Below are positions 1 through 10,180 of a DNA stretch of 64,000 bases, piece by piece (positions within the stretch are counted from its first letter, which is position 1; the number at the start of each line of letters is the position of its first letter). Source of the DNA: Patescibacteria group bacterium (GTDB taxonomy: Bacteria; Patescibacteriota; Patescibacteriia; JAHJFT01); contig JAQTTB010000001.1 of assembly GCA_028710985.1 (NCBI GenBank), positions 523,014-587,013 of the forward strand. The letters run 5' to 3'. The position numbers and the translations under genes are program-made. A model generated the notes under the pieces. The model was not told the origin of the DNA. It did not search any database and saw only the letters and a program-made list of their open reading frames with translations.

Positions 1-276
1 TACATCGTTATCGCGTTCTGCGTTCTTTGGGTGACGATTTTTCTCTGCTGGGTTATTTATTATGTCGCCATGATCTTGCGCCAGGCCCATAGCTTAATGA
101 ACGAGCTCAAAGAAAAAATGCAGGCCATTGACGACGCAATTCGCGGCGTCCGTGAAAAGATTGAGCATTCTTCGGTGCATCTCGCTCTGATTGCCGACGG
201 CGCACGCTATCTTGTTAAATATTTTACCGAGAATAAAGAATCTAAAAGAACAAAAAAGACAAAGATAGAAATATAA
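1..276 (+). CDS. hypothetical membrane protein, 5'-partial
   Basis: Track ORF 31..276. The same frame stays open back to nt 1 (YIVIAFCVLW...). Hydrophobic N-terminal stretch, then a charged Lys-rich tail. No family recognised. Confidence 0.5.
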   Translation, partial: YIVIAFCVLWVTIFLCWVIYYVAMILRQAHSLMNELKEKMQAIDDAIRGVREKIEHSSVHLALIADGARYLVKYFTENKESKRTKKTKIEI

Positions 277-301
277 TAGGAGGGTCCGATGAAAAATAAT
301 T

Positions 302-3300
302 ATGAAATTCGTACACCTGCACACGCACTCCCATTATTCTCTTCTTGACGGTCTTGGAAAAATTCCCGCTTTGGTTAGTCGGGCCAAGGAGCTTGGTATG
401 CCGGCACTCGCACTAACCGATCATGGCGCCATGTACGGCGCTATTGAATTTTATACGACCTGCCGGAAAGAGGGAATTAAGCCGATTATCGGCGTCGAGG
501 CTTATGTTGCGCCGAACCGCCGCTTTGATAAGCGGCCCAGAATTGATGACGGCGCGTTCCATCTCGTTCTGCTTGCCGAAACGCTTGAGGGATACAAAAA
601 TCTTCTGCGGCTAACCTCAAAGGCATATCTTGAGGGATTTTATTATCGGCCGCGCATGGACAAAGAAATTTTGCGGGAGTATTCACGCGGAATAATTGCG
701 TCAACCGCTTGTCTGGGCGGTCAGATACCGCGCGCTCTTATGGCCGAACGCTTTGAAGACGCGGAGAACCTGGTTACCGAATATAAATCAATTTTCGGGG
801 CAGATAATTTTTTTCTTGAGCTTCAGGACCACCCCGAATTGCCGGAATACGAAATTTTAAATCCGCGCATCATGGATCTCGCCAAAGCGACCGGCACCCC
901 ACTTATCGCCACTAAAGACATTCATTACGTTTATCCCGACGATCGCCAGGCACAGGATCTGCTGACTTGCGTGCAGACCGGTAAGACCGTAAATGACACG
1001 GACCGCCTCAACATGGCCAACCATGACGCCTCGATGACATCGCCCGAGCACATGGCCGAGGCCTTTGCTCACGTTCCCGAAGCGATTGAGAATACCGTGA
1101 AAATCGCCGAGCGCTGCAATGTGGAAATTCCGCTCGGCGGCAACATTCTTCCGGTTTTTCACGTGCCGACCGGCGAATCCGACAACGCCTATCTGCGCCG
1201 TCTTTGCGAAAAGGGACTTGGGGATCGCTTTCCCGTCGCCGGACCGGAAATCCGCGAACGGCTTGAGTACGAGCTTAGCACTATTGAACGAATGGGTTTT
1301 GCCTCGTATTTCCTGATTGTTTCGGATTTTGTGAACTGGGCCAAGGATCGAGGCATTATGGTCGGCCCGGGCCGCGGCTCGGCCGCCGGTTCGATCGTAT
1401 CGTATGTTTTAAAAATTACCGACATCGATCCATTGCGCTACGGCCTGCTGTTTGAAAGATTTTTGAATCCGGACCGCATTTCCATGCCGGATATCGACCT
1501 TGATTTTGCCGATGACCGCCGCGGCGAGGTGATTGAGTACGTCGTGAAAAAATACGGCAGCGACAATGTCGCTGGAATCATTACCTTCGGGACAATGGCC
1601 TCGCGCGCTGCGGTGCGCGATGTTGGCCGCGTCCTCGGCTGGCCGTACGGAGAAGTTGATCGCATTGCCAAACTCATCCCGCCGCCGATTCAGGGTAAGC
1701 ATATTCCGCTCGTGAAATCAGTCAAGGAAAATCCCGAGCTCCGCGCTGTCTACGAGGGAGACGCGCGTGTCAAAGAGCTTCTCGATCTCTCCATGAAACT
1801 CGAGGGGACCGTGCGCCACGCGTCCCAGCACGCCTGCGGCATCGTTATTTCCGACAAGCCGCTCACTGAATATGTGCCTCTCCAGGCGGTGCCGGATGGC
1901 GACATTGATCGGGTTACTCAGTATTCGCTCCATCCGATTGAGGATATCGGTCTTCTGAAGATGGACTTCTTGGGGCTCGCGAACCTGACCATCATTCAGA
2001 ACGCGTTGGATATCATCGGCGCGGTTTATCACGAAAAAATTGATATCGAAAAAATTCCTCTGGATGATAAGAAGGCATTCGAACTTCTCGGTCGCGGCGA
2101 AACGACGGGTGTGTTTCAGCTTGAGTCAGACGGCATGAAACGCTACATCAAAGAGCTTAAACCCACGGAAATGGAAGATATTATCGCCATGGTTGCGCTC
2201 TACCGCCCGGGCCCGATGCAATGGATTGACAGTTTCATCCGGCGCAAGCACGGTAAGGAGCGGATTGAATATGAGCATCCGCTGATGGAGAACGCGCTCA
2301 AGAACACATACGGCATTCCGGTTTATCAAGAACAGGTCATGCAGGTTTCAAAAGATATGGCCGGGTTTACCGGCGGCGAGGCCGATACTCTGCGCAAGGC
2401 CATGGGAAAGAAGATTGCCGCGCTCATGAAGGAGATGAAGGATAAATTTATCAAGGGCGCGGTCAAGCAGGGCGTGGCGCGTGACAAAGCCGACAAGGTA
2501 TTTACGCGTCTTGAAGACTTCGCGGCATACGGTTTTAACAAGTCGCACGCCACCTGCTATGCCATGATCGCTTATCGCACCGCGTTTCTCAAGGCGCGTT
2601 ATCCCAATTGTTTTATGGCCGCGCTCATGAATTCCGATTCCCAGAATATCGACCGCATCACCATTGAAGTCGATGAGTGTCGCAAGATGGGGCTGGAGGT
2701 CCTGCCGCCGGATGTTAATGAGTCATTTGGAAAATTTGCCATTGTGCCTAATACCAATAAAATTCGCTGGGGCCTTTCGGCAATCAAAAATCTCGGTGAA
2801 GATATCGTTAAGACAATTGTTCACGAAAGAAAAGCGAACGGCAATTTCCGCGACCTTGAAGATTTTATTTCACGCATCAATACAAAGAATTTTAACAAAA
2901 AATCCCTGGAATCGCTTATCCGCTCCGGCGCGCTTGATTTGTTCGGCGAGCGGAACCAGCTTTTGCAGAATATCGAAATACTTTTGGAATTTCATCGTGG
3001 CATTCAGAAAGAGATTGAAAGCGGCCAGTCCAGTCTCTTTGCCGGGTCGCCCGAGGTCGGCCGGTCAAGGCTCACCCTGCGTCCTGTCCCCGCCGCGCCA
3101 AAGAGAGAGCGTCTGCAGTGGGAGAGAGAACTATTGGGCCTTTACGTCACTGAACATCCGTTTCGCGAGCTCGAGGAGGCGCTCGGTGATGCGATTACAA
3201 GGCTTTCTGAGCTTGCGCACCGGCGCGAGGGATTCGTGAAAATTGGCGGCGTGCTTACAACGATGAAAAAAATCCTGACGAGAAAAAATGAAACCATGCT

Positions 3301-3769
3301 GTTTGCAAGAATTGAGGACACATCCGGAGATATTGAACTTATTATTTTTCCCAATACCTACCGTGATTTTAGCGCCGTTTGGCAGGCGGATAACACGATA
3401 ATCGTTTCCGGAAAAATTTCGGACAAAGATGGGGAACCGAAAGTAATAGTGAACAGCGCCTGCTCCGCGGATAAGGAAAATTGCATGCAGGCGCTTTCCA
3501 TTCTGGAAAACGGCGCCGGCTGGGCGCCGTCCGCGGCTTCTCTTTCGCGCGCGGTGCAGATCGAGATCCCGGGGAGTGCCGCTGGCGAAACTATGGCCCG
3601 GCTCAAGGAGGTACTTCTTGCGTATCCGGGCGGAGAGCGGGTGCGGCTCATAATTGGCAGCGGATACGCGGCCAAAAAAATCGAGCCCGATATTCGCGTG
3701 GATTATTCCGCCGGGCTTGTCGAGGCGGTTGGCGGCCTGCTCGGGCCCGAGAGTATTCGCATGGCGTAG
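302..3769 (+). CDS. dnaE: DNA polymerase III alpha subunit
   Basis: 1155 aa. N-terminal PHP signature HLHTHSHYSLLDG, polymerase core (PDIDLDF, LLKMDFLGL), C-terminal OB-like region. Confidence 0.97.
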   Translation: MKFVHLHTHSHYSLLDGLGKIPALVSRAKELGMPALALTDHGAMYGAIEFYTTCRKEGIKPIIGVEAYVAPNRRFDKRPRIDDGAFHLVLLAETLEGYKNLLRLTSKAYLEGFYYRPRMDKEILREYSRGIIASTACLGGQIPRALMAERFEDAENLVTEYKSIFGADNFFLELQDHPELPEYEILNPRIMDLAKATGTPLIATKDIHYVYPDDRQAQDLLTCVQTGKTVNDTDRLNMANHDASMTSPEHMAEAFAHVPEAIENTVKIAERCNVEIPLGGNILPVFHVPTGESDNAYLRRLCEKGLGDRFPVAGPEIRERLEYELSTIERMGFASYFLIVSDFVNWAKDRGIMVGPGRGSAAGSIVSYVLKITDIDPLRYGLLFERFLNPDRISMPDIDLDFADDRRGEVIEYVVKKYGSDNVAGIITFGTMASRAAVRDVGRVLGWPYGEVDRIAKLIPPPIQGKHIPLVKSVKENPELRAVYEGDARVKELLDLSMKLEGTVRHASQHACGIVISDKPLTEYVPLQAVPDGDIDRVTQYSLHPIEDIGLLKMDFLGLANLTIIQNALDIIGAVYHEKIDIEKIPLDDKKAFELLGRGETTGVFQLESDGMKRYIKELKPTEMEDIIAMVALYRPGPMQWIDSFIRRKHGKERIEYEHPLMENALKNTYGIPVYQEQVMQVSKDMAGFTGGEADTLRKAMGKKIAALMKEMKDKFIKGAVKQGVARDKADKVFTRLEDFAAYGFNKSHATCYAMIAYRTAFLKARYPNCFMAALMNSDSQNIDRITIEVDECRKMGLEVLPPDVNESFGKFAIVPNTNKIRWGLSAIKNLGEDIVKTIVHERKANGNFRDLEDFISRINTKNFNKKSLESLIRSGALDLFGERNQLLQNIEILLEFHRGIQKEIESGQSSLFAGSPEVGRSRLTLRPVPAAPKRERLQWERELLGLYVTEHPFRELEEALGDAITRLSELAHRREGFVKIGGVLTTMKKILTRKNETMLFARIEDTSGDIELIIFPNTYRDFSAVWQADNTIIVSGKISDKDGEPKVIVNSACSADKENCMQALSILENGAGWAPSAASLSRAVQIEIPGSAAGETMARLKEVLLAYPGGERVRLIIGSGYAAKKIEPDIRVDYSAGLVEAVGGLLGPESIRMA

Positions 3770-3825
3770 GTGTTTTTTTAATGTAAAAATGGTATAATAT
3801 TACACACAAATAAAAACACAATTTT

Positions 3826-5019
3826 ATGATACAAGACACTCAAAAACGCCAGGTGACGCGTAAGCCAGTCGCCCATATCGTAAAACAGCGTCCGCCCGCG
3901 GTACGCCTGTACCGCCGGATTGCTATCAGTTTTTTGATTCTGACAATTTTATTACTCGCCTTGGTGGCCTATCTTTCATTCTCTAGCGCCCATATTAAGA
4001 TATTCACGGCCGCCGAAACTGCAAGCGCTGAGTTTGTGGCCGACATCGTCAAGGTGGCGAGCGCGCCTAATCAGGTTGAGGGTAGGATCGTTGAGCGAAT
4101 ATTTGAAAAATCAAAAGAATTTACGCCGTCGGGCGAAGGCAAGACAACGCCAGCCAAGGCCGGCGGGGAAGTAACCATTATTAATAAATATAATAAAGAT
4201 CAGGCGCTCATTGCGACGACGCGTCTTCAGGCGACGGACGGAAAAATTTTTCGTATCGATAAGAGCGTCGTTGTACCGGCCGGCGGCGAGATAAAGGCGA
4301 CTGCTCATGCCGACAAAGAGGGCGCGGAATATGAAATCGGGCCGTCTCATTTCATTATCCCCGGGCTCTGGGAAGGGTTGCGTGACAAGATCTATGCCGA
4401 ATCCGCTTCTCCGATGACCGGCGGAACCGTAACTTTGAAAGTAGTGAGCGCCGACGATCTCACTCGCGCCGAGTCGGAGCTTGCAAGTGAAATATTAGAG
4501 CAGGTCAAGGCCGATTTAATCAGCGAGAACGCGGATCCGCGTTTCTCCAAACCGGTTTTTTCAATTGAAACGTTGGAAAAAGTTTCAGACACAATTCCTG
4601 GGCAGGAGGCTGACAAATTCACAATCAAGCTTAAGGTCAAGGTTATTGCGGTTTTCTATAATGCCGAACAAATGGACGGCGTGATGGCGTCCAAACTAGA
4701 GGAGGCCATGGATAGTGATCACACGCTCGGTGACATCATGGAAGACAGTATTATCTTCACGATTGGCCGCTATGATTCATCAACCGGAATTGTTAATCTC
4801 GCAGTGAGCGCGTTCGGCGAGGCGCGCCTCAAAGAGAACAGCCGGCTTTTGGACAAGCGGAAAATTACCGGCCTTGGCGTGGATGACGCTAAAAAGTATC
4901 TTATGAGTTCGCCGTCAATTGAGAATGTCGAAATTTCCTCAAGCCCGTTCTGGCTCAAGCGCGTCCCGAATTTGGAAGATCATATTGAATATGAAATAAT
5001 TTATGGAGGGACTGAATAA
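3826..5019 (+). CDS. hypothetical N-terminally membrane-anchored protein
   Basis: 397 aa. Single N-terminal TM helix (ISFLILTILLLALVAYLSF) followed by a soluble domain. Extended -10 (TGGTATAAT, 3790..3798) upstream. No family recognised. Confidence 0.7.
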   Translation: MIQDTQKRQVTRKPVAHIVKQRPPAVRLYRRIAISFLILTILLLALVAYLSFSSAHIKIFTAAETASAEFVADIVKVASAPNQVEGRIVERIFEKSKEFTPSGEGKTTPAKAGGEVTIINKYNKDQALIATTRLQATDGKIFRIDKSVVVPAGGEIKATAHADKEGAEYEIGPSHFIIPGLWEGLRDKIYAESASPMTGGTVTLKVVSADDLTRAESELASEILEQVKADLISENADPRFSKPVFSIETLEKVSDTIPGQEADKFTIKLKVKVIAVFYNAEQMDGVMASKLEEAMDSDHTLGDIMEDSIIFTIGRYDSSTGIVNLAVSAFGEARLKENSRLLDKRKITGLGVDDAKKYLMSSPSIENVEISSSPFWLKRVPNLEDHIEYEIIYGGTE

Positions 5020-5024
5020 AAATT

Positions 5025-6818
5025 ATGGAAAAACATGACAAATTAGAAATCATGCGCCATTCGGCCGCCCATGTCATGGCCGCGGCCGTACAAAAACTTT
5101 TTCCGGATGCCAAGTTCGGCATCGGTCCGGTAATTGAGTGCGGTTTTTATTATGATTTTGACATCAGAGAGAATCTCACGCCCGAACATTTGGAGAAGAT
5201 AGAGAAAGAGATGGAGAAGATTATTAAAGAAAAAATTGAGTTTGAGCGCGAGGAAATGGATATCGAATCAGCTATCAATCTGTTCAAAAAACTTGGCCAG
5301 GATTACAAAGTTGAGCTTCTCCGCGATATCAAAGAGAAGGGCACTACGAAATTCAAATCCAGCGAAGAGCAGGAGCTCGTGCAGGAAGGAGAAAAAATTT
5401 CAATTTACCGCACCGGCGATTTCGTTGATCTCTGCCGCGGCCCTCATGTCAAAAATACTGGTGAAATAAAAGTCTTCAAACTTCTGAATCTTGCCGGAGC
5501 CTATTGGCGCGGTTCGGAAAAGAACCCCATGCTCCAGCGCATTTACGCCACGGCCTGGGAAAAACAGAAAGATCTGGACGAGTATCTTCGCGTCCAGGAA
5601 GAGGCCACCAAGCGCGACCACCGCAAGCTCGGCAAAGAGCTGGATATTTTCATATTCAACGAAAACATCGGCAAGGGCCTGCCTCTCTTATTGCCGAACG
5701 GCCGCGTTCTACGCGATGAGATTCTTAAGCTCGAGCGCGAGATTGAAGACACAGTCGGCTTTGAAAGGGTCTGGACTCCGCAAATCGCGAAAAGTGATCT
5801 CTACAAGCTCACTGGTCACTGGGACCATTATCAAGACACCATGTTTCCAGCTTTCGGCATGGAGGACGAAACCTACGTGCTCCGGCCGATGAACTGCCCG
5901 CATCACTACATGATTTATAAAAACAAGCCGCACAGCTACCGCGAACTGCCGCTGCGCATCACCGAAGACGGAACCTGCTATCGTTTTGAAAAATCCGGTG
6001 AACTCGGCGGACTCGCGCGCGTGCGCTGCCTTACAATTGATGACGCCCACATTTTTATTATGCCGAGCCAGATTGAAGAAGAATACCCGCGCCTCATCGG
6101 CATGGCGAAAAAGATGTTTGATGCGTTCCAACTCAAAGACTATTATGTCCGGCTTTCCACGCACGATCCGGAGAACACGGAAAAATATATTTCCGACCAG
6201 AATACCTGGAACAAGGCCGAAGCCCTGCTGGAAAAAATCGTCAAAGCGAATAACATCAAGTATGTTATCGGCAAGGGCGAAGCCGCCTTCTACGGGCCAA
6301 AGCTCGATTTCATCGTTCACGACGCCATCGGCCGCGAATGGCAGATGTCCACGCTTCAGATCGATTTCTTCATGGCCGAGCGGCTTGGCATGACTTATAT
6401 TGATGATAAGGGACAAGACGCTTATCCCATCATCATTCACCGTGGGTTCACCGGTTCACTTGAGCGCACCATCGCCATGCTGATTGAGCATTTCAGCGGC
6501 GCTTTTCCGGTCTGGCTCGCACCGGTTCAGGTGAAACTCATACCGGTCGGAGCCGGGCACATTGATTTTTGCGCCGCTTTGCACAAAGAATTTTTATCCC
6601 TGGGCATTCGTTCGCGCGTTGATGATGCCAATGAAACCGTGGGCAATAAAATCCGCAAGGCGGAAAAAGAAAAAGTACCCTACATGCTCGTGGTCGGGGA
6701 TAAAGAAATGAGCGGAGAAGAAATGACCGTCCGCGTTCGGGGAGAAAAGGACCAGATCAAGATGGCCAAGCCGGAATTTACAGAAAAAATCCTCGGCGAG
6801 ATAAAGAACCGGACATAA
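5025..6818 (+). CDS. thrS: threonyl-tRNA synthetase
   Basis: 597 aa. HSAAHVMAAAV editing-domain motif, class II core (RPMNCPHH, FYGPKLDF), anticodon-binding C-terminus. Confidence 0.96.
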   Translation: MEKHDKLEIMRHSAAHVMAAAVQKLFPDAKFGIGPVIECGFYYDFDIRENLTPEHLEKIEKEMEKIIKEKIEFEREEMDIESAINLFKKLGQDYKVELLRDIKEKGTTKFKSSEEQELVQEGEKISIYRTGDFVDLCRGPHVKNTGEIKVFKLLNLAGAYWRGSEKNPMLQRIYATAWEKQKDLDEYLRVQEEATKRDHRKLGKELDIFIFNENIGKGLPLLLPNGRVLRDEILKLEREIEDTVGFERVWTPQIAKSDLYKLTGHWDHYQDTMFPAFGMEDETYVLRPMNCPHHYMIYKNKPHSYRELPLRITEDGTCYRFEKSGELGGLARVRCLTIDDAHIFIMPSQIEEEYPRLIGMAKKMFDAFQLKDYYVRLSTHDPENTEKYISDQNTWNKAEALLEKIVKANNIKYVIGKGEAAFYGPKLDFIVHDAIGREWQMSTLQIDFFMAERLGMTYIDDKGQDAYPIIIHRGFTGSLERTIAMLIEHFSGAFPVWLAPVQVKLIPVGAGHIDFCAALHKEFLSLGIRSRVDDANETVGNKIRKAEKEKVPYMLVVGDKEMSGEEMTVRVRGEKDQIKMAKPEFTEKILGEIKNRT

Positions 6819-6840
6819 ATTATAAGCGTGTAAAAATATT

Positions 6841-6915
6841 CTGTAGGGGCAGGCCTTGTGCCTGCCCTGTTTTAATGCCGTCTAAAATAGGCGACCGCAA
6901 GGGTCGCCCCTACAG
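6841..6915. repeat. composite GTAGGGG...CCCCTAC palindromic element (also the thrS terminator region)
   Basis: Outer arms CTGTAGGGG / CCCCTACAG enclose two inner hairpins (GGCAGGC..GCCTGCC and GGCGACC..GGTCGCC). Confidence 0.8.
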
Positions 6916-6919
6916 CCTC

Positions 6920-6948
6920 TTGACATTTTGGCTAAATTATGGTAAATT
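6920..6948 (+). promoter_or_regulatory. sigma70-like promoter
   Basis: TTGACA (6920..6925), 17-nt spacer, TAAATT (6943..6948), upstream of CDS 6974. Confidence 0.55.
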
Positions 6949-6973
6949 GGCCTGTTCCGAATAGGAGGACGCC

Positions 6974-7381
6974 ATGGATTCTGTCAACTCGCCTCCGGTC
7001 GTGGATTCCGTATCTCCGGCTGATTTAGAAGACGGCATTGCCGAAGCCTCGCTCACCATAGTGCCCAAGACCGTGCCGGTCGCGGACCGCAAGCTCATTC
7101 TGGTGATTGACCGCGGCTTGGACAGTCTGCCGGTTTCCGAGCTTTCCAAGCTCGAGATCACGTTTGAGTTCCGGAGCCAGGTCCAGGATTTCCGCGTTAA
7201 GGAAGTCTGGGACGGCCTGCCCTACTACCTCGAGCTTGAACCCGTAGATGCGCCGCTTTACACGGCGCTGCTCGAGGATCCCAACTCAACCACCATGGTT
7301 CCGGAGATAATCTTCTCCCACCAGTGCGGGGAAATGTTCACCAAACCCAACAGCCGCTGTCATCGCGAACTTCTTGACTGA
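6974..7381 (+). CDS. hypothetical acidic protein
   Basis: 135 aa. AGGAGG upstream of the ATG, sigma70-like promoter 6920..6948, hairpin plus T-run terminator 7380..7407. Confidence 0.65.
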   Translation: MDSVNSPPVVDSVSPADLEDGIAEASLTIVPKTVPVADRKLILVIDRGLDSLPVSELSKLEITFEFRSQVQDFRVKEVWDGLPYYLELEPVDAPLYTALLEDPNSTTMVPEIIFSHQCGEMFTKPNSRCHRELLD

Positions 7382-7407
7382 ACCCACTCCGGGTTCGTCT
7401 TTTTTTA
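7380..7407 (+). terminator. intrinsic terminator
   Basis: GAACCC-loop-GGGTTC followed by GTCTTTTTTT. Confidence 0.75.
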
Positions 7408-7410
7408 ATC

Positions 7411-7445
7411 AAAAAACGCCCCGAGCTTATCGAGGGGCGTTTTTC
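7411..7445. terminator. bidirectional terminator, conserved-loop family member 1
   Basis: AAAAAACGCCCC-GAGCTTATCGA-GGGGCGTTTTT. Confidence 0.75.
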
Positions 7446-7454
7446 AATTTATAA

Positions 7455-8744
7455 TTAATGTACCAGCATCGCTCCGGCCGTGGAATCATCCTGCTTGGCC
7501 CGTTCCTGTGCCAGCTTGTCGGTCCGCACAATATTTTTAAGTTCCGGATACTGGTCCAGGCTCATTTTGCCCATGCGGATTTTTGATGCAACCACCAGCA
7601 TCTGGCTCATGCGGTTCGGATCGTCGGCGAATTTTTTGGCAATTTTCTCAATTTCGTCATCGAAAAGATTGTCATGAATGCCGTCGCTTGTTTCAAAAAA
7701 TACATCGCCTTTTTTCGCGTCTACGGTAAAGATTTGGGCCGCGGATTCAATGTCGGCCGCGCTCTTGGAACTGATGCCTGTGGTTTTTTCGCGGATCTCG
7801 TTGATGCTAAAGGTTGCTTTTTTTGCTCCGCCCTCTTCTGAAAAATACCCCTGCTTGATCACTCTTGGACCTTTCTCTAAGATGTCGCCAAGCACCATTT
7901 TTTTAATCGCGCCGGCCGATGGTTCAGGAAATTTTTGAGAAATAATATTATCCAGTTCTTCCAGGGTGTAGCGCGTGTCGGTTGACTGGTCATCCGGAAA
8001 AATTCCCTCGTCAATCAGAAACTGCGCCGGCGAACTGTCGCGGGTCAGGCGCTCCATCTTTCCGCCGCGGAGCCGCATCACCCGGCTGTCGCCCATGTGC
8101 GCGACTGTCACTTTTTCCTGGGGTTCTTTTTTACCAAAGCCCAGGATTCCTTTTTCGCCCGGCTGGGTCCAGCGGTGCATCATGCTGAAGGTCGCACCCA
8201 TCGCTTCAGCGCCGCGGCTTTTATCGGCCCTTAAGTCATCGCCGTGTAAGGCGGCAAAGGTCGCCATTTCTTTCTGTGAAGTAAACATGAGATTGCGCAG
8301 GCTTTCTTCAATGGTTTTTTGGTCGCCCTTGGCCGCGCTGTCGCGGAGTAGCGCGTCATGGCGCTTATAAAAATCTTTCACCGTGTCGCGGATAGTGTGC
8401 GAGGCTTCATAACCGCCCATTTGCCCGCCCATGCCGTCGGCCACCAGAACATAATTATCGCCGGCCGCGAGCGCGTCTTCGTTTTTTTCATGGTCGCCTT
8501 TCAAAGAATAAGCCGTGGCTTCGGCGGATTTTTCAATCTCCGGCGAGTTTTCGGCAATGCCAATGTCCTCGCGGATTTCTTCAATCTGCGCTTCTTCGGC
8601 CGCTCGGGCTTTGGCGCGCGCCGCTTCGGGCAGCGGGGGAGGCATTCTCCTCTTCGCGGCTTCGGGAATCGGCGGCGGGCCTTTCTTTTCAGCTTTAAAT
8701 TCCTGCGGACTATAGGATTCGAATTGTGCTCCGGTTTCCGGCAT
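7455..8744 (-). CDS. PP2C-family Ser/Thr protein phosphatase with proline-rich N-terminus
   Basis: 429 aa. PP2C signature LVADGMGGQMGG and C-terminal metal-site region TSDGIHDN. N-terminal duplicated PPP[IL]PEAA[KR] motif. Confidence 0.8.
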   Translation of the reverse strand: MPETGAQFESYSPQEFKAEKKGPPPIPEAAKRRMPPPLPEAARAKARAAEEAQIEEIREDIGIAENSPEIEKSAEATAYSLKGDHEKNEDALAAGDNYVLVADGMGGQMGGYEASHTIRDTVKDFYKRHDALLRDSAAKGDQKTIEESLRNLMFTSQKEMATFAALHGDDLRADKSRGAEAMGATFSMMHRWTQPGEKGILGFGKKEPQEKVTVAHMGDSRVMRLRGGKMERLTRDSSPAQFLIDEGIFPDDQSTDTRYTLEELDNIISQKFPEPSAGAIKKMVLGDILEKGPRVIKQGYFSEEGGAKKATFSINEIREKTTGISSKSAADIESAAQIFTVDAKKGDVFFETSDGIHDNLFDDEIEKIAKKFADDPNRMSQMLVVASKIRMGKMSLDQYPELKNIVRTDKLAQERAKQDDSTAGAMLVH

Positions 8745-8805
8745 ATTGAAAATATATATTGATTATTACTACAATTTTAGCATATTTTAGGCAAAAAGTC
8801 AAGTC

Positions 8806-8834
8806 TTGAATTTTCTTTATTCCGGGGTTATAAT
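8806..8834 (+). promoter_or_regulatory. sigma70-like promoter of miaB (near-leaderless)
   Basis: TTGAAT (8806..8811), 17-nt spacer, TATAAT (8829..8834). The ATG lies only 9 nt downstream and has no SD. Confidence 0.5.
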
Positions 8835-8842
8835 CAAAATCC

Positions 8843-10180
8843 ATGACTAAACATTATCATCTCATTGCCCTGGGCTGTCAGATGAATAAATCCGATTCCG
8901 AGCGCGCTGCCGCGTTACTCGATAGTCTCGGCCTGACTCAAACTCTTCGTCCCGAAGAGGCGGATTTTATTTTGATAAATACCTGCTCGGTGCGCCAGTC
9001 GGCCGAAGACCGCGTTTATGGGCAGGTGAAGAAATTTAATAAATTAAAAATCAAAAAGCCGGGGCTCATCATTGGCGTTACCGGTTGTATGCCCGGCCGT
9101 GACAAAAGAGGGGAATTTTTTAAAAAAATGCCCGGTCTTGATTTGTATTTCCCAATTAGCGACTTGCCGCATCTTCCGGCCATGCTCCGTGCCCGGAATC
9201 CGGAAATCGGCATTCTGGAAGTTGATCCCGATTATCTCAAAATCGCGCCAAAGCATCAAAACAAGTTTAAAGCATTCATTACAATCGAGACCGGCTGTGA
9301 TAAGTACTGCGCTTACTGCGTCGTGCCGTTCGCGCGCGGCCCGGTGCGCCATCGGCTACTCAGTGACATTCTGGTTGAGGCGCGCGCTCTCGCCGCCGGC
9401 GGTTGTCTGGAAATCACCCTGCTCGGCCAGACCGTGAATAATTACATAGCCGCGGATGCGGAAAATTTTAATTCAAAAAATCCGTTCAAAGACAACTTTG
9501 CCGCTCTGCTTTGGGAGCTTAATCAAATTTCCGGGATTGAACGCATCCACTTTACCGCGGCGCATCCGAGCCACATGACCGATGAGGTGATTGCCGCGCT
9601 CGCGCTGCCGCGCCAGGCCAATTATCTCCATCTCCCGGTCCAGTCGGGGAGCAATTCGGTACTCGCGAGGATGAATCGACCATATACGCGCGAAGAGTAT
9701 ATAGAAATTATCAAAAAAGTCCGCAGCGCGCGGCCGGGGATTGCCATCGGTACGGATATCATTGTCGGATTTCCGGGCGAAACAGCCGAGGAATTTGAGG
9801 AGACTCTGAGTCTCTACCGTGAAATTGAGTTTGATATATCATACAACGCGATTTATTCGCCGCGGTCCGGCACGGCCGCGGTTAAAGCCTATGGAGACGA
9901 TGTCCCGCGCGAGGAAAAAGAGTGGCGTTGGCAGGAGCTGGAAAACACCATGCGCGAAATCACTCTGCGGAAGAATCAGGCATACGCCGGCCGCGAGGTT
10001 TCCGTGCTTGTGGATTCATGCGCCGCCGGCATTTGCCGCGGCAATTCAGCAGAAATGAAGCTGGTGAATTTTTCACACCTCGGGGATTTGACAGGCCAAA
10101 TCCGGCCTGTTATTATTGAAGTCCCTAAACTGTGGATTTTGGAAGGTAAATTGGCCCTCATTAATGATAAAAAAGAGTAA
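8843..10180 (+). CDS. miaB: tRNA-i6A37 methylthiotransferase
   Basis: 445 aa. MTTase N-domain (GCQMNKSDSE), radical-SAM CDKYCAYC, TRAM-like C-terminus. Confidence 0.93.
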   Translation: MTKHYHLIALGCQMNKSDSERAAALLDSLGLTQTLRPEEADFILINTCSVRQSAEDRVYGQVKKFNKLKIKKPGLIIGVTGCMPGRDKRGEFFKKMPGLDLYFPISDLPHLPAMLRARNPEIGILEVDPDYLKIAPKHQNKFKAFITIETGCDKYCAYCVVPFARGPVRHRLLSDILVEARALAAGGCLEITLLGQTVNNYIAADAENFNSKNPFKDNFAALLWELNQISGIERIHFTAAHPSHMTDEVIAALALPRQANYLHLPVQSGSNSVLARMNRPYTREEYIEIIKKVRSARPGIAIGTDIIVGFPGETAEEFEETLSLYREIEFDISYNAIYSPRSGTAAVKAYGDDVPREEKEWRWQELENTMREITLRKNQAYAGREVSVLVDSCAAGICRGNSAEMKLVNFSHLGDLTGQIRPVIIEVPKLWILEGKLALINDKKE

